In this document: one piece after another, positions 20,223-28,119 of the stretch
Numbering within the stretch: the stretch's first letter is position 1
How the letters are laid out: each line of letters begins with the position of its first letter
From: an uncultured Desulfobacteraceae bacterium
GTDB lineage: Bacteria > Desulfobacterota > Desulfobacteria > Desulfobacterales > SKZT01
NCBI GenBank assembly: GCA_964478625.1
Contig: CAYZJH010000006.1
Coordinates: forward strand, 12,543-76,542
Length of the DNA: 64,000 nt
Direction of reading: 5' to 3'
Notes under the pieces: generated by a model
Databases searched by the model: none
Told to the model about the DNA's origin: nothing
Seen by the model: only the letters and a program-made list of their open reading frames with translations
Program-made: the position numbers and the translations under genes

Positions 20223-20342
20223 CGCTACGTTCTCCTTTTGGATATCCTCTCCGGGTTTCAGTCCAACTCACACCGTAAGCTGTCGAACATTTTATCCCTT
20301 CGGCAGTTTTTTCATCCCATTCGCCAATTGTTGACGAGATAA

Positions 20343-20945
20343 TGTGACAGAACAAAGTTCTGAGTCATACCGGGCTTGATCCCTGGGTGAACCTTTTAGG
20401 TAGACAATATCTTTCCAGCTGTCCGAAGTTCACCGTCATGCCGGACTTGATCCGGCATCGGGGAAAAACAGGTACCAGAATTCACCACGATAGCGCTGCG
20501 CTTCTTTTCGTGCCCGGCCTTCGCCCATTGGTAATCAAGTTAAAGTCCTGCCTGATCCCAGCATCAGAGGCCGAAAACGGTTTCCTGCATGTCATTCTAA
20601 GGAAGCGACTCACAACAGCTTGGTTCTTGAAATAAATATTTCCCATTCAGATGGATTGAAACCACGGCGACCGACGAATCTCTATTTGCGAGCCCGCACG
20701 GATCATCGAATCTGACTCAAAGTTTAAACACAAGAAGCCGGGCCGGCATGAAAGATATGTTTTTTGCCGGCCGTTGAGCACTCGCCATCTACCCTTTTAC
20801 GATATCGGCCTCGCCAGAACCACATCCTTTTAATATATGGCCGGAAACCCTGACTTGGCACCAATGTTGCCCTCGCCGGAAAGGCGTTACAATAAAATCG
20901 ATATCGATTAATTCCAAACACTTATGATACCTTATGACTGTCAAG
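20343..20945. mobile_element. ~600-bp compound MITE-family element
   Basis: Left end gtgacagaacaaagttctgag; right end cttatgactgtcaagg. Contains the hairpin module (20438-20458), the agcgctgcgcttc...gtgcccggccttcgcc module, and a ~150-bp module shared (inverted) with 28440..28540 and 57990..58150. The small ORFs inside are repeat-derived. Confidence 0.75.
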
Positions 20946-20964
20946 GAATTAAAGATTCGCTCAT

Positions 20965-21285
20965 TTATTTAGACCTGATCAGGATGAGCAGCATCTTAAA
21001 CCTTTCAACTGCTTTTAATGCATGGGGTTCATTAGCCGGCATTACAATCATCTCTCCCTGTTTCAGATGATAGGGATTGCCGGAAATCCTGATTTCAACT
21101 TCTCCGTCCAAAACATGCACCATGGCATCAAATGGAGCCGTATGCTCACTTAATCCCTGTCCCTGATCGAATGCAAATAAAGTTACCGTCCCGGTAGTTT
21201 TTTCAATCAGGGTTTTGCTGACAATCGCCTCTTTTTGGTATTCCACCAAATCCGCCAAAACAACGGGTTTTAATTCAGATTTCAT
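20965..21285 (-). CDS. small cupin-domain protein
   Basis: ATG at 21285 is preferred over the TTG at 21333. Cupin motifs GLSEHTAPFDAMVHVLDGEVEI and GEMIVMPANEPHAL. Confidence 0.8.
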   Translation of the reverse strand: MKSELKPVVLADLVEYQKEAIVSKTLIEKTTGTVTLFAFDQGQGLSEHTAPFDAMVHVLDGEVEIRISGNPYHLKQGEMIVMPANEPHALKAVERFKMLLILIRSK

Positions 21286-21349
21286 GGTCAAGCCCTTTCT
21301 CTGGAAGTTTAATGTAGCATAATTCTTACCCAAACTGATCGATTCAGCA

Positions 21350-21950
21350 GGATAGTATCAGTCATTTCGGTGAAGCCTTTCCCAAGCACAAAACGTGAGC
21401 CGGTACCCACGTCAATTCAGGAACCTGTTTTTCCCGGATGCCGGATCAAGTCCGGCATGACGGAGAACACCGGGCTGTCAGGTAAATTTATCCGATACGA
21501 AATTTAAACAATAATGATCCATGGTGGGATTGTCAAAGCAGCTTTCAGATTCCGGTGAAATTCAAAATATGAACCTACCGCAAGACCTAATATCACGTTC
21601 AATCACGGCCGGTTCCTGCCGGAATCACCAGAGGAATTGAGTTTGAACTGCTCCCCCCCTTTTAATGAAAAAGGGGGGCGGGGGGACTTAACGTGAACCG
21701 ATACCGTTTTTAAAATCCCCCTGAATCCCCTTTTTTCATTAAAAGGGGGACTTGCGGTGAGTTACTTAGGAGCGTTTCACTCAGCATGCTGAGCCTTAGC
21801 CGACAAGTAATAGGTTTCATGTGGTTCCTGTTCTTTCGTCATTCCGGCGAAGCCTGTCCCGGGCTTGAACCGGGAGCCGGAATCCAGGGATAGTGGTTCT
21901 AAGCCTCGGCCTTCGCCGGAGTGACGGAACCATGTTACTTGTAAAATCAC
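21350..21950. repeat. compound repeat region (MITE modules plus C/G-tract hairpins)
   Basis: Hairpin module at 21438-21458 with a TIR-like ggagaacaccgggctgtcagg. Two oppositely oriented hairpins ccccccttttaatgaaaaagggggg (21653-21678) and ccccttttttcattaaaaggggg (21727-21749). 21771..21942 is the inverted copy of 559..708. Confidence 0.75.
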
Positions 21951-21966
21951 AACCCTTTAGGGCTGC

Positions 21967-23508
21967 TTAAAGCATGTTGATCGTGTCCTTGTATGTTTGA
22001 GCCTGGTTGAACAGCTCATGCCGGGTGGTGTCCTTCATTTTTTCCAGGATTCGGTACATCATGGCCATTCGCGGGTTTTTTGCGAGTTTATCCCGGTGGC
22101 GGTGGAGAAAATCCCAATAGAGACTGTTGAAAGGGCAGCAACGGTCTCCGGTACTGTTATCCGGTCTGTAAAAGCAGTCATTGCAGTAATCACTCAACTT
22201 GCGGATATAATTGGCCGTGGAAACATATGGCTTGGTGGCCACGATGCCTCCATCGGCAAACTGGCTCATTCCCCTGGTGTTGACGATCTCCACCCACTGA
22301 ATCGCATCCATGTAAACGCCCAGGTACCAGGAATCCACCTCGTCGGGATGCACACCGGAAAGCAGAGCGAAATTGCCGGTGACCATCAACCGTTGGATAT
22401 GATGGGCATAGGCATGATTAAGAGACTGAGTAATTGCCTTGTGCATGCAGTTCATGCGGGTTTTGCCGGTCCAGTAATAATCCGGAAGACTCTCTTTGTG
22501 ATCAAAATGGTTCAGAGTTTCATATTCGGGCATGTAAGCCCAGTAAATTCCCCGTACATATTCCCGCCACCCAAGGATCTGACGGACAAATCCCTCAAGT
22601 TGTTCGATGGATATCTTTTGGTCCGATGAGCTTTGAGCTTGTGTAACAGCCGCCTGAATCACTTCCATGGGGTGAAGCATTTTGGTATTAAGAGCAAATG
22701 AAAGCCGCGAATGAAACATGGACCAGCTTTCCGAGGTCATGGCATCCTGGTAGGTGCCGAAATACGGAAGACGTGTCCGGACAAAATCATTCAGCTGTTC
22801 CAAAGCCTGGCTGCGACTCACGGGCCATATGAAATTGCGGGGGTCTATTTCTCCAAAGGTTTTTACACCGCACAGAGAAATCATCTCGACAATATTGGAG
22901 ACATCATTTTTAAAAACCTTTGCCGGAGGAACAGGTACTTCCTTGTCGTAGCGGTTGCGGTTGAGCTGATCGTAATTCCATTTTCCGCCCACAGGTTTAC
23001 CCTCTTTGAGGATTATGTCGTATTTTTTGCGCATATAACGATAAAAAGACTCCATGAGATACCGTTTTTTACCCTTGAAAAACCGTTGGACTTCTTCCCT
23101 GCCGGTCAGAAAATGTTCCGAATCCATTGCCGAGGACCGAATTCTGAGACGTGACACAATCCTTTTTAACTGATTATCCAGCCGGTATTCATCAGGGTAC
23201 AAATACTCGAACCGGGTAATGTTTTCTTTCCTGATTATTTTTAAGAGGTTTTGTTCAATATCCTGTTCGTTTTCCGGGTCATCCAGACGAATATAGATCA
23301 CGCGATGACCCCGGCCCGAAATCTCCCGGGCAAAACGGCGCATGCACGCGAAAAAGCCGGTCACCTTCTGAATATGGTGCTTGACATAATCGGTCTCCTG
23401 ACGCACTTCCATCATGGTGTAGACCGTGTCTTTCCGGCTCGATGCGAACCACCCGTGCAAAATATTGAGCTGATCGCCCAGAATCAGGCGAAGGGTTCTT
23501 TCTGCCAT
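21967..23508 (-). CDS. cryptochrome/photolyase-family protein of the Fe-S CryB/PhrB (FeS-BCP, (6-4)-photolyase-like) class
   Basis: 513 aa. N-terminus LRLILGDQLN is typical of the 'photolyase-related' family. Cys ligand pattern MNCMHKA...DYCNDCFYRPDNSTGDRCCPFNSLYWDF is consistent with a 4Fe-4S cluster. Confidence 0.8.
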   Translation of the reverse strand: MAERTLRLILGDQLNILHGWFASSRKDTVYTMMEVRQETDYVKHHIQKVTGFFACMRRFAREISGRGHRVIYIRLDDPENEQDIEQNLLKIIRKENITRFEYLYPDEYRLDNQLKRIVSRLRIRSSAMDSEHFLTGREEVQRFFKGKKRYLMESFYRYMRKKYDIILKEGKPVGGKWNYDQLNRNRYDKEVPVPPAKVFKNDVSNIVEMISLCGVKTFGEIDPRNFIWPVSRSQALEQLNDFVRTRLPYFGTYQDAMTSESWSMFHSRLSFALNTKMLHPMEVIQAAVTQAQSSSDQKISIEQLEGFVRQILGWREYVRGIYWAYMPEYETLNHFDHKESLPDYYWTGKTRMNCMHKAITQSLNHAYAHHIQRLMVTGNFALLSGVHPDEVDSWYLGVYMDAIQWVEIVNTRGMSQFADGGIVATKPYVSTANYIRKLSDYCNDCFYRPDNSTGDRCCPFNSLYWDFLHRHRDKLAKNPRMAMMYRILEKMKDTTRHELFNQAQTYKDTINML

Positions 23509-23996
23509 GACCGTGCTCCATTTTCTTCAGTAAAAAGTTTCATATTTCACCCCGATTTGAAATCCATCGGCCGGATGCGGGACCATTGAACCAGTTTACC
23601 CAAACCGGTGGAGATGAACCCTTTTATGGCCGGAACGGCATGCTCCGGCTCTCTTTTCAGAATATCACGATGGGAATTATGCCGACAAGGCTGCCGCTGT
23701 TTTTTTCTCAACACCGAACCGGTCATGGAGAATCTTTCCGACGGAGTATATCAACGATCCCATGGATACGTGTAACAACTCACTTACGGAGGTATGCATT
23801 GCTTATAGTCAAAAAGCCTGACAGTCTTTTTGAAAAGATTTAATTTTTAAAACAGACACGATTGGGATAATCTTATCCATCTTGTTTTGATCTGGAAGAA
23901 GCGGTCACTTACCAGGTAACTATGCCAAGTAGTGATGAGCGGCAAAAGCATCGCTTTTGCCCTCTTGTCGAAAAAATTCCCCTGGACCCTTCCGGC

Positions 23997-24130
23997 TAAT
24001 ACCTAATACCTTATACCTTATTCCTTATACCTTATACCTTATACCTTTTCTTCCTGAACACTGAACACTGGAACCCAACTTCCGCCGGGATGTCGGTTTA
24101 AGATCGTGCCCGGATGACAATAAAATGCGC
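23997..24130 (+). repeat. heptamer array (TTATACC-type x7) followed by MITE-family modules
   Basis: taatacc taatacc ttatacc ttattcc ttatacc ttatacc ttatacc (23997-24045), then ttcttcctgaacactgaacactgg...ccgccgggatg...atcgtgcccggatgac. The same arrangement recurs at 28662..28800. Confidence 0.85.
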
Positions 24131-24280
24131 AACGGGATGACGGTATAAGCAAACAGAGTTGCTATTCTGCACCTCTCCTGTCGCTTTTTTGCAACCCTTT
24201 CAGGTTGGACGAAAATGGAATCAATATGTAACATCTCGATTTATTTGATCATACATATTTAGTCTCATTTCTTAAACCCT

Positions 24281-24296
24281 TGGCACATATCCTGCT
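24281..24296 (+). promoter_or_regulatory. sigma54 (-24/-12) promoter candidate
   Basis: TGGCACatatcCTGCT matches TGGCAC-N5-TTGC in spacing and in the GG/GC dinucleotides. It lies 29 nt upstream of ATG 24325, with SD aggagg at 24309-24314. Confidence 0.6.
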
Positions 24297-24324
24297 AACC
24301 TATCGGACAAGGAGGCATAGCCGG

Positions 24325-24930
24325 ATGAAAATCGCACTTACGGCTTGGGAAGACAGAATATCACCTGTTTTTGATGCTGCCAGAACTCTTCTGATCGCCC
24401 ATATCGAAAATGACCGGATTGTCGGCAGACACTATGAGCCTTTTAACCCCGGGGCAGTTGCCCGTTTGGTCGATTTTTTAAAAGCCCTGGAAATTGACGT
24501 GTTCATATGCGGGGCCATTTCCCAAACGCCATCGATCATTATCGAAGCCGGCGGTATCCGACTCATTTCTTTTATCGGAGGCAAAATCGACGACATTCTG
24601 GAATCCTGCACCAAGGACCTCAGGATCGTGGCAAAATTTTCAATGCCGGGGTGCGGAAGGCAGAATCGACATCAACAAAGAAGACGAAATGAATATTTAA
24701 AGGAAAACAAGGAGGTGAGCCATATGCCGAGAGGTGATGGAACAGGCCCCCAGAGACAGGGGGGAGGTCAGAAAGGCAAAGGCGGATGCAAGACCGGCCG
24801 GCGCGGACAGGGCGGTGGAAGCGGTAAGGGTTCCGGCCAGGGCTGCGGTAAAGGCCAGGGAAAAAGCCAGGGTCAGGGCAGAGGACAAAAACCGGGGGGA
24901 AAACAACCCCAAAATCAAAGTGGGGAATAA
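24325..24930 (+). CDS. NifX/NifB-C-terminal-like (FeMo-cofactor-binding fold) protein fused in frame to a DUF5320-like Gly/Gln/Lys-rich tail
   Basis: ATG 24325 with an SD is preferred over the TTG at 24280, which would overlap the promoter. N-terminus MKIALTAWEDRISPVFDAARTLLIA...VFICGAIS. The C-terminus starts MPRGDGTGPQRQGGG (DUF5320 N-terminal motif), preceded by its own SD and ATG at 24724. Confidence 0.75.
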   Translation: MKIALTAWEDRISPVFDAARTLLIAHIENDRIVGRHYEPFNPGAVARLVDFLKALEIDVFICGAISQTPSIIIEAGGIRLISFIGGKIDDILESCTKDLRIVAKFSMPGCGRQNRHQQRRRNEYLKENKEVSHMPRGDGTGPQRQGGGQKGKGGCKTGRRGQGGGSGKGSGQGCGKGQGKSQGQGRGQKPGGKQPQNQSGE

Positions 24931-24962
24931 AACAGGTTTTAATTCAACCAAAGGAGGACACC

Positions 24963-25280
24963 ATGCCTGGATTTGATGGAAACGGACCCATGGGCGAAGG
25001 TCCGATGACAGGAGGCGCCCGGGGATACTGCAATCGGCCGGAAACCGGATATGCAGGTCCGTACGGTTTTCGCTCAATGATGGCCTATGGTCGTGGTTAC
25101 AGAAAAGGCCTTGGCATGCGAAGAGGTTTCGGACGTTCTTGGAAAAGAGGCTTTGGAGCCTATGCACCGGAAAATTCCCTGACAGCCGAAAAAGAACTGG
25201 CCGTGCTTAAAAAGCAGGCGGATTCGGTCAGAGCCACTCTGGATTCAATCACCCAAAGAATCGCCGAAATTGAAAAGTAA
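24963..25280 (+). CDS. DUF5320 family protein
   Basis: 105 aa; MPGFDGNGPMGEGPMTGGARGYC N-terminal motif, RG-rich middle, and a C-terminal coiled-coil-like LAVLKKQADSVRATLDSITQRIAEIEK. Confidence 0.8.
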   Translation: MPGFDGNGPMGEGPMTGGARGYCNRPETGYAGPYGFRSMMAYGRGYRKGLGMRRGFGRSWKRGFGAYAPENSLTAEKELAVLKKQADSVRATLDSITQRIAEIEK

Positions 25281-25300
25281 AAACCCGCGGTTTAGAACCC

Positions 25301-25344
25301 ATCTTTGCGATCATACCGGGTCTTTCCGGTATGATCGCAAAGAT
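25301..25344 (+). promoter_or_regulatory. perfect 19-bp stem / 6-nt loop hairpin between cluster genes
   Basis: atctttgcgatcataccgg (25301-25319) and ccggtatgatcgcaaagat (25326-25344) are exact reverse complements. No U-tract follows. Confidence 0.6.
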
Positions 25345-25392
25345 GTCCCAAAGAGGAGTTGCTCAACCGATCATTATTTAAGGAGAAATTTT

Positions 25393-25647
25393 ATGCCGTT
25401 GTTTGATTATTTATGCGAACATTGCGGAAAAACAACCGAAATTCTAATATCGGGATCCCAGCCTGTTCTGGAATGCAGCAATTGCGGAAGCCGGAATTTA
25501 AAAAAACTGCTCTCTGCTCATTCATCCTATTTTGGAAATTCAAAACATAGAGTTCCAGGGCCGAAAGATACCGCCTGCTGCGGTTCAGCTCCGGGGCAGG
25601 CGTCAGGTTGCGCCGGTCCGGGAAGCTGCTGTGGAAAAAATTTCTAA
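25393..25647 (+). CDS. FmdB-family zinc-ribbon protein (CxxC..CxxC) with a Cys-rich tail
   Basis: 84 aa from ATG 25393 (SD aggaga). MPLFDYLCEHCGKTTE...LECSNCGS is the FmdB/CxxC_CxxC_SSSS pattern. Tail CCGSAPGQASGCAGPGSCCG. Confidence 0.8.
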   Translation: MPLFDYLCEHCGKTTEILISGSQPVLECSNCGSRNLKKLLSAHSSYFGNSKHRVPGPKDTACCGSAPGQASGCAGPGSCCGKNF

Positions 25648-25681
25648 AATCGATAAAGTTTATTGAAAGGGAGGTTCCCTT

Positions 25682-26149
25682 ATGAAAGTAGCCGTCAGTT
25701 CGACAGGAAAAGACCTTAATTCCCAGGTCGATCCCCATTTCGGCAGATGTGGGTTCTATATGATCGTCGAAACAGACGATATGAGTTTTCAAAGCTTTGA
25801 CAATGAGAACAGGGCTTCAAGCGGAGGAGCAGGGATCCAGGCCGCGGGTTTTTTATCCTCCCAGGGGGTCAAGGCCGTTTTAACCGGCAACTGTGGCCCC
25901 AATGCCATGAAAACGTTTTCTGCAGCCGGAGTTCTGGTTTTTACCGGAATTACAGGTACGGTAGCTGAAGCAGTTGAACAGTTTAAGCACGGAAGTCTGA
26001 CTCCTTCCGTTAAAGCAACCGTTTCAGAAAAAACAGGTACGAGGCCATTGGAAACGACAGGAAAGGGTATGGCCAAAGACGGCCTAGGCCGATGTGCGGG
26101 TGGGACCGGTCGCGGATTGGGCGGAGGCCGCAGGATGGGTGGAAGGTAA
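25682..26149 (+). CDS. NifX/NifB-like dinitrogenase FeMo-cofactor-binding-fold protein with a Gly/Arg tail
   Basis: 155 aa; MKVAVSSTGKDLNSQVDPHFGRCGFYMIVE...AVLTGNCGPNA pattern; tail GRCAGGTGRGLGGGRRMGGR. Confidence 0.8.
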   Translation: MKVAVSSTGKDLNSQVDPHFGRCGFYMIVETDDMSFQSFDNENRASSGGAGIQAAGFLSSQGVKAVLTGNCGPNAMKTFSAAGVLVFTGITGTVAEAVEQFKHGSLTPSVKATVSEKTGTRPLETTGKGMAKDGLGRCAGGTGRGLGGGRRMGGR

Positions 26150-26171
26150 CAAAAAAATATGAAAACCGGAT

Positions 26172-27125
26172 TCAGCACTTCCTGGGAACGGATCCCTCTT
26201 CTTTTAAGTGGGCATAAAATTTGGCAAAATCGATTTGATAATTGAAATCATCCCGTTCCCGGAACCGCTGACCTTTGATGTCCATGTTTCGGACCAGAAT
26301 CAATTCTTCGGTAATATTGGATGCCTGAACAATTTTCATTCCCGAAGGGGCCCAAATACCGCTTCCTCCCCAGAAATAGTCCCCGGTGACCCCATGACGT
26401 CCCACCATGTTTGCACCCAGGCTCCACACCTGATTGTAGGCAGCTTTGGAAGCATTCATCAGGTCCCAGAGAAAACCATAGTAATGGTCGCTCATGACAT
26501 TCATGCTCGGATATTCCCGTAGTGCCTCCGACCGCCAGTTCGCCATGGTAACGATGGCATCCACATGGTCACGAAACGCATAATTTCTCGACAGTTCCAC
26601 AAAGCAAAGGTCATAACAGATCAAAAATCCAAACCGCCCCCATTTGGTGTCTATGGTCAGGCGTCTGTCCGACCCGCGCCGGAAATAGGGCTGTTCTAGG
26701 GGAGGAAGAAACACTTTGTCATAAATATATTTTTCGTCCCGGTAATCGATACTTTTGCTCAGAATGAATGTGGAATTATAAAACTCACCGTTTTTTTTAC
26801 GTACGTTATTGTAAAATACATATTCAAGCCCCTTGCCGTCATCGCAAAGGCTTTCACGGATGCGCCCAAGTGTTGGTGCAATGTTTCCATTTTCACCTTC
26901 TTCAAGAAGTTCCTTAACCTCATGACCGTTGTTCTCATTCCAAACATATCCGGTGACAGTAAGCTCTGGAAAGATCGCCATGTTGGCCCCTTTCTCATGA
27001 GCTGTCTGAACCACTTCCTCCATTCGATTCAGATTGGTCTTTATGTCTGATGCCAGGTTCAGATTGGCAATCAGAATGCTCGGACAATCTTCCTTGTCGG
27101 AAAAATCCCTCTCTACCAGTCGCAT
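26172..27125 (-). CDS. carbon-nitrogen hydrolase (nitrilase superfamily) protein
   Basis: 317 aa; Glu in FPELTVTGY, Lys in YDKVFLPP and Cys in FLICYDLCF fit the E-K-C catalytic triad. Confidence 0.85.
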   Translation of the reverse strand: MRLVERDFSDKEDCPSILIANLNLASDIKTNLNRMEEVVQTAHEKGANMAIFPELTVTGYVWNENNGHEVKELLEEGENGNIAPTLGRIRESLCDDGKGLEYVFYNNVRKKNGEFYNSTFILSKSIDYRDEKYIYDKVFLPPLEQPYFRRGSDRRLTIDTKWGRFGFLICYDLCFVELSRNYAFRDHVDAIVTMANWRSEALREYPSMNVMSDHYYGFLWDLMNASKAAYNQVWSLGANMVGRHGVTGDYFWGGSGIWAPSGMKIVQASNITEELILVRNMDIKGQRFRERDDFNYQIDFAKFYAHLKEEGSVPRKC

Positions 27126-27164
27126 GATGTTTATCTCCTAAATGTTGCTGGTTTGGTTGATAGT

Positions 27165-28070
27165 TTAAAAAGGAACAAAAAATGGATAATTTTTTGTAAA
27201 TTGCAGAAAAGCCCGGGCTGCCGCTGTAATGGGTACTTTTTCCAGTCTGATCATTTTGAATGTTCTTGACCGGGTCATTTTCGGCACACTCAAAATGATG
27301 ACCGATCCTTCCCGAACCTCTTTGAATACGGACCATTTGGAAACCACCGACAGACCAATGCCGTATTTGACCATTTCGATAGCCAGATTCTGACTTTCGG
27401 TGGTCATGACGATAGTGAGTGATCCGGGATCAACGGCCATATTCTGAAAAAAAGTGTCGCCAACCCCCGGCATATCCTTTCCTGAGGAAACAAGCACCAC
27501 AGGGTGTTTGTACAAGTCTTTGGGTAAAATCGGATTTTTTTCGGCCAAAGGATGATTTTCCGGACCGATCAGGACCACCTCGTCTTCGACAAGTTCTTCT
27601 TCAAACCCAAAATTTCCGGGCATCGGCTCCGGTGTTACGGCAAAATCGATACGGGCATTATTCAGGTCCCGAATCATTTTCTCTGGATCCTGAACCAAAA
27701 CATGGAGAACCACATCGGTATAGTTAAGGTTGAATTGATAAAGGAGTTGGGGCAGAAGATCATGCGCAGCCGTGGCATCGGCCCCGATATGCAAAGCCCC
27801 TTTCACCTGATGCAGCAATTCAAGAATGTCTTCGGTTAATTGTGTATATCCGGAAAGAATCCTTTTGGCATGGTGATAGAAAATGGCTCCTGCCGGAGTT
27901 GGTCTGACTGCACGGGTATGCCGGTACACCAGGGGAGTTCCCAAATCCTTTTCAAGACCTTTAATCAGATGACTGATGGCCGACTGGGTCAGGCATTTGG
28001 ATTCAGCAGCCCTGGAAAAACTTTCATGTTCGATGACAGCGCAAAAGACCTGTAATTTGTGATCTTCCAT
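27165..28070 (-). CDS. LysR-family transcriptional regulator
   Basis: 301 aa; N-terminal HTH FSRAAESKCLTQSAISHLIKGLEKDLG; LysR substrate-binding-type C-terminus. Confidence 0.9.
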   Translation of the reverse strand: MEDHKLQVFCAVIEHESFSRAAESKCLTQSAISHLIKGLEKDLGTPLVYRHTRAVRPTPAGAIFYHHAKRILSGYTQLTEDILELLHQVKGALHIGADATAAHDLLPQLLYQFNLNYTDVVLHVLVQDPEKMIRDLNNARIDFAVTPEPMPGNFGFEEELVEDEVVLIGPENHPLAEKNPILPKDLYKHPVVLVSSGKDMPGVGDTFFQNMAVDPGSLTIVMTTESQNLAIEMVKYGIGLSVVSKWSVFKEVREGSVIILSVPKMTRSRTFKMIRLEKVPITAAARAFLQFTKNYPFFVPF

Positions 28071-28119
28071 AAGCCTCTATTCAGTTTTTTTTTAAATTCC
28101 AAAGTAAGCGGCTTTGAAA

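Noticed and set aside
20387-20635. Small ORFs inside repeat DNA (also 17759..17944, 20724..20921, 24025..24234, 28114..28332, 28230..28499, 28690..28881)
   Set aside because: Their translations (e.g. VMPDLIRHP, VILRRPTWYAVIWH, RYKV) are read-throughs of the MITE modules and heptamer arrays, recurring in different frames and orientations. They are not genes.
23586-23843. 85-aa plus-strand ORF upstream of the cryB-like gene
   Set aside because: No SD and no motif, and it starts with a non-ATG codon in the track. The ~450-bp region is left as unassigned non-coding or possible gene remnant.
23997-24045. Tandem repeats considered as a CRISPR array
   Set aside because: The period is 7 bp with no spacers and no cas genes. 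This is a microsatellite-like heptamer array belonging to the repeat family.
24280-24324. Upstream TTG start for the NifX-like gene (track start 24280)
   Set aside because: It would place the coding sequence over the sigma54 -24/-12 element. ATG 24325 has a canonical aggagg SD and begins the conserved MKIA... N-terminus.
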